Notes: generated from the sequence alone by a model not told the origin. A stretch of DNA of 64,000 bases from Lytechinus pictus (GCF_037042905.1 NC_087246.1:8434001-8498000), one strand, 5' to 3'. Shown: positions 14,675-27,060, counted from the first letter of the stretch. Made by a program: numbers and translations.

Positions 14675-14906
14675 CAGCGTGCGTTGCCAGGTTAAATCTT
14701 CACAAAATCCCCACCCAAACGACACTTAAAATATCCCCAAAGTTGCCAAATTTTGACAGAAAATCCCCAAATTCGTTTTTCATAAAACTCAATATTATTT
14801 TCATTCCCAAATATTTATTTTTCATCCCCAAAGACTTCAACAATCCCCCAATTTTTTTTTTTTTTTTTTAATGTGGGGATTTTGGGGATGAGAATCGGCA
14901 ACGCTG
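14675..14906. mobile_element. hAT-type MITE nested upstream of the transposase start
   Basis: Termini CAGCGTGCGTTGCC / GGCAACGCTG; 8-bp TSD GCCCAGCT / GCCTAGCT (1 mismatch); internal TCCCCAA repeats. Confidence 0.7.
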
Positions 14907-15573
14907 GCCTAGCTTGTCACTTCGGCGGTGGCCCGTGTCCTCAAAAAAGCTGATGGGGGGGGGGGGCAAGGGACTCTGTGACATTTGTTTGCCCAACCCC
15001 CCCCCCCCTCCCCCAAAAAGAAATAATGATAATAATAATAATAATAATAATAATAAATGAAATAAATACATAGAAATAGAATAAAATAAAATTACAAGTT
15101 TAAAAAAAAAGATAAGATTTAAAAAAATGGTCCCCGGATTTTTTTTTGGGGGGGGTTGCAACCCCCCAACCCCCCCTCTAGATCCGCTTCTGAGATCTAT
15201 GTATTTTTTTCTCCCAATATTATTTTCAATTTTATATAATATGAAATCTGTATGGGATATGAGTCCTTTATATTGTTGATTATGATAGCTGAGATTTAAA
15301 TGAGGCAAAAAAATTAACCTTACCTCAGAAGAGTTGTCAGTGAATGAACTTGATTCACTGAGGGCATCTAATCGTGGTCTCTTTCTGCAGATGCCAAAAC
15401 TTGAATCAGATTCTGAGCTACTCAGGGAAGAGGACCTGGTATCCACCTTGATAGTGTCTGCACTTGTGATGCTATGTACATCTGAACCTTTAATAATGAA
15501 AAGAGATATAAAGCCATGAGCACTGTTAAAAAACAATGAATACTAGTATCTTAACCTTTGGTACAATTGAATA

Positions 15574-15885
15574 CAGTTGGGCCTCCTCTATCCACACACT
15601 TGGGACCAGCACTAATCTGGACAAGGGATTTGACCAGATAAGGAAATTCTATATTCAAAACATGCAGTTGCCAAGAGTTTGAATGAATGAATGCATATTT
15701 CTATCATGAAAAATTTAACTGAATGTGCAATAAAAAAAAGTTGGGAATAATATAAGTAACATGAATAGTTTGCCATACTATGAGTATGCTTGAAATCTTT
15801 GTTGGTTCCGCTAATTCATTTGAGTAAAATAGGCAAATTCCAGAGTGATCTGGATAAAGGAGACTGGATAAGGGAGGTCCAACTA
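15574..15885. mobile_element. Tc1/mariner(pogo)-type MITE
   Basis: TA|CAGTTGGGCCTCCTCTATCCA ... TGGATAAGGGAGGTCCAACTA|TA: imperfect TIRs with TA flanks. Confidence 0.7.
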
Positions 15886-17099
15886 TATAAATTTCTAGTC
15901 TAAAACCATTAAAAACCAACATAAGTTATATTGATCTGACAGAAAATTTGTAAGTGTGATTTTGCAATTATATATGATTCATGATGGTTAACAAACCATC
16001 AGTTTATTTCAACCCATTCATTTTTATTGTTAATTTTATAATACTTGAGCATTTTCATAGACATTTTAATTGTTAATTGAAAATCATTCATGCATGTCTA
16101 AGTAAATTATAATACTAGCATTGTTTAAATCAATGCTACGCTCTATAAGCTACATTCAGTACACAATAAAGCTGCATTACTGTTTTTTTTTGTTTATTAT
16201 TTTGTTATTTTTTGAATTTCTTATGCATCAATAGAAATAATATTCAGATTTTTCTAGTGGTCTTTTGTAGCATTTTGAAGCAAAATTTCAAAGGTCACAC
16301 ACAGGTACGCACAGACACACACAAGTACAGATCCCGTTGCACTGACACACACAAGTACAGATCCCGTTTCACAGACCCCCCCCCCCCCGTCTCAAAATTT
16401 CAATTACAGACAATGACGTCACATCCTGTACATACTTTCAGTAATGAAATGTGTATGCCAATTTTAGGCATCTTGATTTTTAATAATAACACCTATCCAC
16501 GGTGCACATGGGTGCAAGATGTTTGACCACACGTAACCTCATAACAAAGTTATTTGCAATTCCTGTATTTACAAGAAATACCTTTAAAAACTGCCAAGAC
16601 CAGTACTCCCTGCATTCCAAATTATGATTGTCAAAGCCAATGTACATGTGGTTGTACATTATTATGTTCACTATGACAAAACTAAAAATGAAAGAATATG
16701 ATGTCCCTGAGGATAACATTGTACATGTATTGTGGGTAGCTAACATTTTCTTTCAGTTACATGGTTTTTTCTTTTCTTTTTTTCTTCTTTTTCTTGCTTT
16801 TCCGTGTTTATTATTTGGTTATTATTATGATGAAAGGAAGATACAGGGGTAATAAATTTCAGATAGTTCAAGAATAAATGGAGCAAGGAGAATAAAATAG
16901 TTATTATTTTGTATGACTCGCATCACCTTCAATTGCATCTTCTTAGTGTGCTCATTGCTCTCATGTGAAAGTGTTATGCATCCCTCACTTATACACACCC
17001 TTCTTCTCTTAACTCCCCTCTTCACTATCTCCAGGACATTCTCTTCCTCACAGTGTATCAAAACAGCAGAACCATGACAAGCACCAATAGAAAACACTG

Positions 17100-17260
17100 T
17101 GCCCCGTAACACAAAGATTTGCAATCAATCGCAAAGTTGTAATGTTCAGTCAATCAAGACCATGGTTTCATGCGCATCTTGTTCAAAAAGGTGACCCTGG
17201 ACCAATCAGAATGGTTGTTTTAAATTTGCGATTGATCGCAAACCTTTGTGTCACAGGCTC
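17100..17260. mobile_element. Short Harbinger-like MITE
   Basis: GCCCCGTAACACAAAG...GCAATCAATCGCAAA / TTTGCGATTGATCGCAAACCTTTGTGTCACAGGC inverted ends, flanked by CTG on both sides. Confidence 0.65.
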
Positions 17261-17754
17261 CTGAACAAGAACGATAACCTAACCACTTCAAACCTTTCGT
17301 TTCCTGTTTTGTGAATGGCCTGACTTCACAAGATTTCACTACCATAGCTTAATTTTCTTGGTCTCTTTAGTGCATAATTGAACACTTACAATAACCTGCA
17401 TAAGAAGTCAAGTATCGGCGAGTCAAACTTCCCCCAAGTCAATTCAGTTTTCTTGACTAAACTTTGCAACAATTCAAAACATTTCGTTTCCTGGGACAAA
17501 TTTTGCATGAGTCAAACAATTTTTTTTTTTTTTGGGGGGGGGAATCCCGACAGATTAGACTACATGTATGCAAAGTTAATTATGTTCTGATTTTTACTAC
17601 CCTGGAGCATCATTATCAGCGCCGCATACTTGTACTCCTTTCCTTCACACAACTACTCCTCTCGATACACCTTCATGTAATTTTCTTTTTTTTCATGTGT
17701 CGGTCTCACGTTCAAGAAAAGTTCAATTTCAAACTTCAGTGCAAGTATTTAGTA

Positions 17755-17942
17755 CAGTGGAAACTGAGTATAAAGGGTGTGGTAAAACATTCCTGATACA
17801 GTGTGTAACAACCAACATTCCAGGTTCTATCTCTGCCTATTCTGTTGTTTTTACCTGATGTCGTGGGATTCATGCTACATGTATAACAAGATAATTTCCA
17901 TTTTGGAAGGTCCAAAAGACCAATTATACTCAGTTTCCACTG
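17755..17942. mobile_element. Tc1/mariner-type MITE
   Basis: Perfect TIR CAGTGGAAACTGAGTATAA / TTATACTCAGTTTCCACTG with TA on both sides. Confidence 0.85.
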
Positions 17943-19785
17943 TATCTTTAGTATCTGGAAAGGGTTCTTAGCAATACCGACATAAAAACACTATGAATAC
18001 AATATTCCAAGCCAGTTATATTCATTTATTCAGTGAAAAACATCCATGAGATCAATATAAAGTAATTCATACATGCATGTTCATGGTCTCATCACCAGTG
18101 CATTGAACAGATACACTCCAATTCCACTGCATGTGCAGAAAGAAAAGCAATTCAGAACAGGAATGAAATTCTCACATACAAACTGAATATTAAAAAAAAG
18201 GTCTAAAAAATTAATGAGTTAATCTGTTACTTTTTGCCACTAAAGAAAGTCAACCTGGAACATCTGACAGAATCATTACACGGGGTTGTATGTAGGGTAC
18301 ACATAGATAAATTTGGTTCACTCTTACATGTAGATTATACTGGATAACCAGACAAGTGAGATGGCCCCACAACCCTGAACACAAGGTTACATGTACAATG
18401 ATTATAAATATGTTTTGTAGATATAATGTAAGCAAACAATCCTAGGTGTAAAGAGAATTCAAACAAGATACTAAGCAAACAAATTGGGGTGTAAAATAAA
18501 CTTCAATCTCTAAAATCATACTGCAAGGTTCACTATAATGAGTTACATGTGCATGTAGACAGATTTGATATAACAAAAAAACCTTCAAAGTCTTCTTTCA
18601 TGGTACATGTTACATCATTTATTACTACAAATGGATGAATATTTGTATACAGAAGGAGGAAACTGAAAAAATAGAATACTTGCATTTCTCGATATACATT
18701 TACATGCCATGAAGACTTGTTCCCGTCCTGTACAACCAGAAAGGTCACAAAACTTCCCCGAAATGTACACGGCAGCAATTTTCTTGACAATAAAGTTGTG
18801 AATCACACATGCACACATACACACAAAAAAAATAAAAATCAAAAAGTGATCATCGAAGTGTAAGCAGTGATTACAATACATGTATTCTGCATCATGAAAA
18901 TTTAGAGAACCTACACAAAATATGAAATGTAATATCATTTTCTTTACTTGAGAATGTGGGATTGAACATACACTGTATATGTGATAATTTTCAAATCACA
19001 AAAAAAAAGCTATCATGCTACAAGTATTACATGTACACATGTACATGAAAATTTAAAAAGGCCACTCCTGACATGCCAGATTAACAACTTGTCTCAATAA
19101 ATTATCAAAGAACTTGTCTTCCCTTTTACAACAATTTGTGACATAAGTGTAGTTTAAATAAATTCATGTACACATGTAAGTTCTTCTCATGAATTAACAC
19201 TTACAGCACCGATGGCAAGCATATATGTGCCACAGAGATCCATGCATTGTTGTTTCATCAAACATTACTCCACTAAGACAGATGTATATACATGTAGTGA
19301 CAGAAGTATATCAAAGGTTACAATTACAGCAAGAATCTAGTATTTGAAATTTCTATCGGTCATTATATGCTACTATAAGAATGTTTTAGAGAAAAGTGCA
19401 TATTGTAAAAAGGATCCTTTCTCAATTTAGCATAAAACAATAGCAAACAAATGCGAAACAAACACGTAAATGTCCAGGGGAAAACACAGATCTGTGTTGT
19501 AATAATGTTCATGTGCTAAATGGTAATGAGTAGGAACTTTTGGTATCATTGAAAGAGTAATAAATTTGAAGAGTAATAAATTTCTAGCAAGTTTTGTGCA
19601 CAACATATCTGTACAGAAGTCAGAGTTAAATAAGTACATGCATTTGAAAAGTAAGCATTGGCAATACTTTGATTGAATCTTGGAATAAGCCAACTCCCTT
19701 GGCACTCTGAGAGTAAAAGATCATATGAAAATAATATACAATATACCTTTAACAGTACACGCACGTGCATGTATGGTTTATGCTC

Positions 19786-22702
19786 TTAATCGCTGTCACT
19801 AACAGACAAAATAGCCTCTTGGTACTCGTCACTGTTGGAAAATTCATCTTCCGACTCTGTTTCTGTTTCATCATCTCTTACAGCAAACAACTTGTCTGAA
19901 CTCGAAACTGATCCTCTATCCAATGCAGAGCAGAGAATAGCCCATACTTCTGAGGCCATCTGCTGGTTTGGAAACGCATAACGTGAAACAAAACTTTCAA
20001 AATTAAACTCCACGATGCTTTCAGAAACAATCTGCTTAACTTTACTACTTGATAAACCACAGGCTAGGTCCGGACCACAGTAGTTGTGATGTGGGTGTTC
20101 TTCAAGTAGATCCATGCGATACTCCTCCAATGATCTTTCAAGCTTATCACGTTGGCTAGGGGTTGGTATGCTGAGTGGAAATTCCTCTGAGTGAATTTCT
20201 CTTTGAAGTGCCTTGTACACCTTTTTCTCTGTTGCATTCTGTGAGTGCATGCAGCCACTTGGGTCACAGGAACAGGATGAAGCACATACATCGCAACATT
20301 CATGTGGCACAATATCAAAGTTGGCCGACTGTCCAAAAACTTCTCTAACAACTTCTCAGCGGCAACGATCGCCCTTCATGAAGTCCTTCATGCTTTCTGT
20401 CATTGTTCTTCCAGCAACATCCCCTGGAAACTGAATGGTGATGGCTACACTTGGTTTCCCATCTCTGCCGATGCGACCACTCATCTGCATGTAGTCATCG
20501 AGGTCGGTACACCTTCCACAGATAATGGTGCTGTAAACACCTTTGACATCCACGCCCATTCCATACGCAATCGTTGCTATTAACACTCTTACGCATCCAT
20601 CTTCATGGCTGAAACTTTCAATTATGCTCTGTTGAACGTCATGTTCCGTATTGGTGTGGAACATATCCACATACCTGTGGTGGGTTTTTGGCAGCAAGTC
20701 AAGAAAGGTTGCGTAAAGGTCACTGACCACCTTCCTGGACTGACAGTAGATGATTACTCTGTCGCAACCATCTCCCATCGTTTTCACATCGTCAATAAGC
20801 CATCCAAACATGGAGTCAAAGTCCTTCCGTGCTTTGAACGCAGCATGCTTAATGTTCCTCTTTTCTGGCGATTTGCTGATTGATACGAAGTTGCGAAGGC
20901 CTAAGTTATCAGCAACAGACCTCCTCACCTGCTTGGTTGCTGTTGCAGTGAGGGCTATCGTGGGAACTGAAGATTTTAGCTTGGCCCTCACCTCTCCTAA
21001 CTTGCCATAAGCGCTCCTGAATACCTTAGTGTCTCCTGATGAAGTCCCCCTAAAAGAAATATAAAAGTATAAGAGTTATGGAACTATGCAAAAGTTACTA
21101 CTTGTATCACACTGTATCAGTTTAAGGCTGCAATGGAGTACATGTAAGTTTTATGATATTCATAAAAATACTCTTCCTAAAATAGACTGAATATTCAATT
21201 ACATTTGTACTTTTAAAAAAATAATGCCACAATATCATTAAGAATCATTAATGACAAAGGACAGCAAAATGTTTGCAAAAATAACAGGTGAGATGCCAAT
21301 CACTGTGTACTTATTTTATGGTCTCAATTTTTTAATACAAGTAAAATTTTAAAATATGAAGGGAATCTCATCAAATCTATTCTAATTTAATCATATTTTC
21401 AAAACATGTTTTAACTGTCAGTTACTTGTAACTTATAGAAGAAAAAAAAATCAAGTGTGTCAATGTTTTTCTCAAAATCCTATTCATGAGAGTCAAGAGC
21501 AAGACCTGCATTCCACATATTTATACTAAAGGTAATAAGCAGTAGTGGGAAAGGTGGCGCTTTGTCTTTGAATATTTAACTACTTTGTTAGGTGGAAAGT
21601 ACGACAATACACCAGTACGACAATACACCAGACGGTGGACTGTACTGTTTCCAGAAGAAGAAGAAGAAAGAAAATTACTACATGAACTGATGTAGAAACT
21701 AGAAAGACTAATTTTGAACATAGTTGGTGGTTTTTATTGAAAAATATTTTAGAAATGGCTAAAATATCAAGATACGTTGAGTTCACAGCACAGGACCACA
21801 TTGATAATTCAGACACGTGTAACCAGTGTGTGTGAACCACTATGCGCGGCGGAGCCAAGAGCATCGGGGTAGAGTCTAGGTGGTCCGTAGTGATAAAGTA
21901 ACGGTTGATATAGATCTACAATCATTTGAATTATTCACTGAAAATCTCCAGAAAGGCGGAAATCACGAATAGAATACAAGATTACATTGTATCTCACTCA
22001 TGTATCTTTGCATGCAAGCTGAACATTATGAGATTATATTTGAGCAGTTTCATACCAACTTGTCTTTGGTTTCATTTTGCTACCACTATCTAGACCCCCC
22101 TACTGTTTATCACCTTTGCTTTACAATGCAGAAAATCTGAGGAGCAGGTATCATGATAAACGAGAAAAAAAAAAAACCTACCACTTTGTCACACAATGAC
22201 TTTCGTCGATCACAAGACCACACAGCCTTTCTTTCAAAGCAGCAATGTCGAAGAGATCTTTGCCTTCATCTCCTAGGAGGCTCTCGGGGCTTGCGTATAG
22301 TACGGAGAACTTCCCCGACGAGATGCCCTCGCTGATGTGGTCAGTGACTCCTCCCGTCACGTCCGCTGCTTCAAGTCTCAGATCCTTTGCTCTGTTCAGT
22401 TGATCTGAAATTAACGATTTCAGAGGCATCACTGCGATTACCAGGGACTTCGGAGTATAAATGTCAGGATCCTGCAATTTGCGGAGATAATCTACACAAT
22501 AAGGAGCAGCCTGGAAGATAACGCTCTTACCGAATCCAGTCGGAAGACTTACGAATAAGTTGTGACCACGGAGGAACGACGTCAATGCTTCTCTTTGTTC
22601 CACTCTAAACCTGTCCACAAAGCCGAGGTTTGTTGAGGCGTATTCCAACGCTTTCTTGAGATCATTTTCACTAAAACGATCTGGAGGTATACAAGATGCC
22701 AT
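19786..22702 (-). pseudogene. RecQ-like SF2 helicase of AcademH-type transposon; 2 exons, one in-frame TGA
   Basis: Exon 1 is 22702-22182 (LPTGFGKS, IDESHC); exon 2 is 21049-19786 (WG..FRSAY, ALTATAT, ATIAYGMGVD, QMSGRIGRDG, CR..CCDVC zinc site, acidic tail). A TGA at 20356-20358 lies in frame between the two ORF-track pieces. Confidence 0.85.
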
Positions 22703-23194
22703 TCTTGTATAATGTAGACAATAATTCACAGAAGATATTCAATTTTTAACTGTTAGAATTTTGACGAGGATTAAGATCGTGAACGCGCACTATAATATAA
22801 ATATCGTTTGACTCGATATGCACTCATGGTCTCTCTTCATGCCACGCTTATAATACTGAACAAATAACAGGCACCTGAAAATATTTGATCGTTCCTTTAC
22901 AGCACCATTAAAAGTTATTAAGGCATGTTGTTAAAAACACTTTATATCACAAACAGAATATTTACTTGATTTTCTCCTTTTTTTGTCAAAAACAGGATTT
23001 CTTTCCTATTATAAAGATTTGAATAAAGACTATCATTTCCTGATCGATCACAATGTCCGATGTACGTTTGCACTTCGGACTCGCGAGATTGACACCGGTA
23101 CTAACCAATCAGCGCTGTGTAAGCATGCAGATGGGCGGTCCATTGTTAATGGCTCTCCTTCAAAAAATTGAAGGAGCGTCATTCGCGCTACGTT

Positions 23195-23304
23195 TTGATC
23201 TGAACGATTTTTTCCTCGCCCGTACAATTCGGGATCACGCCATCTCTCGGCCTGGCAGCGGTTGGGGGATTGCTCTTAAATAAAATCGTTCAGAATCTGA
23301 ACTA
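23195..23304. mobile_element. Probable Academ terminus (TAG...CTA type)
   Basis: Ends AAAATCGTTCAGAATCTGAACTA, with an internal inverted copy CTGAACGATTTT at about 23200. It lies upstream of the helicase promoter. The partner terminus was not found. Confidence 0.45.
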
Positions 23305-23569
23305 CTCGCGCGGCTGTGTACCGTCCGCTGGCCTGGCGATGAAGCTGCCGCGTAGCTAGCTAGCTGCGGCTGCTGGCGAACGCGCCCATCTCAGCTCACA
23401 CTTCGCATATCGCAGCTTGTTTTTGTTTGTCAGCGTTGAATGATTGTGTCGATGGATTATTCCAACCCGCATGTCGTATTGTTGAAGATTATGTGATGTT
23501 ATTTTTGAGGATTGAAGGTGAGAAAAACTTGAAAAAAATCATTTAATTTCCAAAATATTGCCTTTTCTC

Positions 23570-23638
23570 TGAAACACTTGCCCGACTCTGACTTTTGCTT
23601 GCCCCGGGCAATCGGGCAAGCGCTTATGTCGCACCCTG
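23570..23638. mobile_element. Orphan right end of a CAGGG-terminal hAT-like element
   Basis: ...CTTGCCCGA...TCGGGCAAGCGCTTATGTCGCACCCTG; the terminus style resembles the element at 1335-4203. Confidence 0.5.
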
Positions 23639-24149
23639 CTACAGCTAAATTTTGACCACATGCTTTTTGGGTTCAGGCACGCTGGTTGGCTGTTGCTTCC
23701 ACAGCACTAGGACAAAGGTGGCTCTCTAGTGTTGCAAAACATTGTCCGAAATCGGAGATGCTGCTGTTAACATAGTAGGAACTAGATAGAGTAAAAGTGA
23801 ATATTATAACTTCTCCTTCACCAAGCTGACTCTCAACCAGTGTAAATCCAAGAAGTTTTACCAATTAAGCCTTTGACCATGCAAATGAGAATCTTTGAAA
23901 CATTTGCTACTTGAATAACATGATCAGGAAGACAGTAAAAATTCCTGTGAATGCACACATCATAAAGTAGGCATGCACATTTAAGCTCAAGTTCTTTCAG
24001 ATTTATAATTTGTGATACCATTGCAATCTGCTGTCACAACCTTATAGTCCATTGGTGGATCTAGCCAGGTTGTCTTTCCATTGTTAGACATAAGGGTTAT
24101 CAAGTGTCATTAATCAATGCATATGTGACAAGCATTCACAGAGTACCAT

Positions 24150-24660
24150 ATCCACCACATCCAATAAATCACATAAACCTTCTGCATACATGTCTGCCAT
24201 AATGCCATGAATCTCGTAGATTGATGCAATTCTTTCAACTTTGTCTTTATCTCTTTTTCAGAAGCCCCTTCCTCATCCTTAAGGGCAAATTCATGGGCTG
24301 CCAGTTTACACATCCTTAAAAATTTCTCTAGTCTTATTCATGATTTCAGCACCTCTTGATTCGGTCACTTTGTTGGTTTTGGACGTGACAAATTGTATCC
24401 TCTGTTAAGTCTTAAGGAACTATGAAAGTACACTGTCATATTCTCTTCATATCTGGACTTGTATCAACTTCATCCATGAATGACTTGGGGTATTTTGAAG
24501 CAGCTTCCAGTGCTAATTGGTTCTGGGGATGACTGGTTGGGTCTGTAGAGGTCTGCAACAATTATTAACACCATTTCTTTATGTACACTCGGCAATGGTC
24601 ATTTACCTGCATTCAGAGTTACCATTATTTATGTGGGTATCTTAAACTAGAGAATGTTCA
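24150..24660 (-). pseudogene. SAMD3-like/EnSpm accessory gene fragment (copy B)
   Basis: Degenerate motifs NAGK*P...KEMV, LALEAASKYPKSFMDEV and *GCVNWQP, with stops and frameshifts. Confidence 0.5.
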
Positions 24661-24974
24661 CCTCAGTACTGTCTGAGGGTCTTTAATGCATTTTCTGAGA
24701 CATACCGCTCACTTTCCAAAGAGCTGGTAGATCTGCCCTGGACCTTTGAATAGGACTCGTAGCTGCAGGTTTCTTTAGTAACAAATGAAACTTAATGTTC
24801 TTCTATAATGAATATTCATTTCCATAGTGGTTAATCATGTAGAGTGAGTGATTGTATTACCGACCGGTCTTATTTGCGCAAGGTGTGGGAGGTGGGGCCG
24901 TACTAAACCAAATGATGTAGGGATGTAGGTAAAGGTAAAGCTGACGACCGACGTCCGTGACAACAATAAAGATA

Positions 24975-25179
24975 TCGCTGTACTTGTTTAGGGGTTCAAT
25001 TCAGGGAATACTTGCCAAGAGTATCGTTTTGTTTCCAATACTTTTTAAGGGTAGGGTTTCACACGTCAATACTTGTTAAGGGGTGCATTTTCAGACTATG
25101 GAAAATACTTGTTCAGGGTGCTTTTTGAGATCCCATGGTCGCTCATGGTATCCACTCGTCAATGGAAGTAGCCCCCGGG
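24975..25179. mobile_element. Right end of a CCCGGGGG-terminal MITE
   Basis: Ends CATGGTATCCACTCGTCAATGGAAGTAGCCCCCGGG, with repeated TACTTGTT(T/A/C)AGGG subterminal motifs. Confidence 0.5.
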
Positions 25180-25379
25180 TCGCATCAGGTTTCTTTAAAT
25201 CCATCTTTGTGGAATATGATGTCTACTCAAAAACAAAACAAAAGCACTGAAAGGGTAAACATTTTATTTTTATTGTAGTAAAGCACCCTTTTTTAGTAAA
25301 AACATACCACATACCACTGTTATGATATATGCACCACGTAAATTTATGGCCAACGTATTGCTTTTACACGCTCACCAGA

Positions 25380-25570
25380 ATAATAATTATGTTGTCAACT
25401 GAAGATAGCTTAATATACTTGGGACAGAATAATGTGCTGTTTACTGAAGACAGCCTGTACAGGATTATGTGCTGTCAACAGAATATGGCCAGTCCTGGAA
25501 TATGTGCTGTCTACTGAAGATAGCTTGTACAGAAATATATACTTTGTACTGAAGATAGCTTAATAGCTTT
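25380..25570 (+). repeat. Degenerate copies of the 35-bp TGCTGTCTACTGAAGATAGCTTG minisatellite
   Basis: Same unit as the arrays at 47725-48036 and 50184-50900. Confidence 0.8.
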
Positions 25571-25589
25571 AAAATAAAGTATCTTCAAA

Positions 25590-25759
25590 GTCCCATGGTA
25601 CTTAGTACCATAGGTACCATATGGTACTTCGTACCATAGGTAGTTAGGTACCATGGTACTTAGTACCATAGGTACCATCAAAGTACCTTCCAATGGTACC
25701 CAAGTACCTTTGGTTTTATCCAGGATACCATGGTATGGTAGTACCATGGTAATTGTGTG
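25590..25759. repeat. GGTAC/GTACC palindromic array ending in a CACAC-type terminus (EnSpm-like MITE end)
   Basis: Many GGTAC and GTACC units. The minus strand begins CACACAATTACCATGGTAC right where a SAMD3-like exon is cut. Confidence 0.5.
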
Positions 25760-25764
25760 ATTAG

Positions 25765-25940
25765 AAAAGTTGAACACGTAGTATGTGACCATAAGGAGGC
25801 AAATGGCTTGCATGAAGTCACCAGTTGAACAAATTGTTTCCCCTTCTGCTTCCACTGCATATTCCTTGACAGACTCAGAATGTCTTTCATGGAGCCGTCA
25901 TACTGTATGTGAATATGGGCTACAATGCATTCTGTATCAA
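25765..25940 (-). pseudogene. SAMD3-like C-terminal fragment (copy C)
   Basis: VEAEGETICSTGDFMQAICLLMVTYYVFNF. Confidence 0.6.
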
Positions 25941-26329
25941 TCTATTTGAAGAGAAAACATTAAAAAATCCCTTCAATTTTAGAGCATCATGTTCATCCAC
26001 ACAACCCAAGTAAAAGTGATGCATACCAGAACTTCACTAACCTTTGAAAAAGACCATCTTCTAAAATTGTTACTATAAATTCATCCCATAGTTCTATACC
26101 CTCTTAACAAGAACCTCTGCCAATTTTGAGCAATCAGGGGCAGATTTAGAGGGGGAGCAATCCCTAACTTTTACAAGTAGCGTGCCTGATTTTTTTGTGA
26201 GCGTCCATGCAGGCACTGCCATTTTTCTTTGAATGTGCTGCGAAAAGTGCAGTGTTTTTTCCTTCAGTTTTTTTCTTTAACACTCATGTACAGTTCCTTT
26301 GCATGTTTCATGGTTGTGTTTTCCATCTG

Positions 26330-26600
26330 TTGACCACCGCTACCATGACATTAGATTGTCATAAATGTCATCTGGAGGGGTTGAAGTGTCCTATTCTTGG
26401 ACAATTGCCACATTCTCCAGACATGCAGTCTTCATTCTCCTGGTCACATACTATTAAGGCTATGAAGCTTCTGAAACCTGTAGGGAATGGGGCACCCGCC
26501 TGATGCAAAGCTTGAAGAAGCAACCGAACATTCTCATGGTATTTGCACAAGCAGGCATGGTGTGGAATGTCACCGGCCTACACTCTTCATCATGGGTTTA
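26330..26600 (-). pseudogene. Sola2-type transposase Cys-rich fragment
   Basis: ACLCKYHENVRLLLQAL...CDQENEDCMSGECGNC; the same motif class as ECLCEYCVN...CLDRECLNC at about 40000-40220. Confidence 0.55.
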
Positions 26601-26865
26601 CATTACCTGGAGAGAAACTAACTGTGTCATCTTTGACATGCTGACTAAATAGAGAGCAAGGACAGTATTTGAGAGATTTTAGAGTATTTTACAGTATGAA
26701 TGTACCGTCATGCCATGCATTGCAAAGCTCTTGTGGTACATGTAGTTCTCAGATTTTTAACATGAATTCACTATAAATTGACATCATGAAATATTTGCAC
26801 GAAATCATTGTGGCCATTAAAAAAAAAGGAAATTATACCTGAATAGTTTTAGTCTTTAACAGGAA

Positions 26866-27060
26866 CAGTATATAGTATAGTAGTATAGTATAGTATTTTA
26901 TTCAAACCATGTCAAACACAAACAGTGGTACAAAGCACAACATCATAGAACTCAGAATGATAGGTTTGGGACCCCAGTGAAGCACAGCTTGTTGACGGGG
27001 CCCCTTTACATATAACTATCCTTTCAAATATTCTGTAAATAGTTATGATTTAAACAGCCA
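26866..27060 (-). mobile_element. 3' end of an L2/CR1-group LINE
   Basis: On the minus strand: stem-loop GGGGCCCC..ACAAGCTGTGCTT..GGGGTCCC, then AATAAA and an (ATACT)n tail. Confidence 0.55.

Larger units (their letters stand above)
9727..15192 (-). mobile_element. Full-length hAT DNA transposon with 5-bp TSD (hAT5-like)
   Basis: TIRs CAGGGGCGGATCCAG / CTAGATCCGCTTCTG (12/15 match). AGATC is duplicated at 9722-9726 and 15193-15197. G/C-rich subtermini. Encodes a spliced transposase and sits in an intron of the SAMD3-like gene A. Confidence 0.85.
4243..15487 (-). pseudogene. Multi-exon SAMD3-like / CMC-EnSpm accessory gene (copy A), frameshifted
   Basis: GT-AG exons with compatible phases: 15487-15324; 8916-8786 (FVHEILRQRGDAILQEYDLTGALQDKTRRQMINLLVAHMQEQYG); 8026-7933 (KTKYAMGIVNLFPSLRDP); 6893-6550 (FFDARSNTGFLAARIKNV..., 344 nt, so frameshifted); 5578-5404 (IEVDFRKLFPE...FLTKW); 4376-4243 (GWNSSTSAILLLSCLLPP). 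Motifs resemble the uncharacterised SAMD3-like proteins of animal EnSpm elements. The first and last exons were not located. Confidence 0.72.

Noticed and set aside
19786..22702. Host RecQ/WRN/BLM gene, or selenocysteine read-through of the TGA
   Set aside because: The gene is compact with one intron, no HRDC or exonuclease domain is evident, and it has a TE context. The TGA sits at an Arg-type position explained by CpG decay, and no SECIS was recognised.
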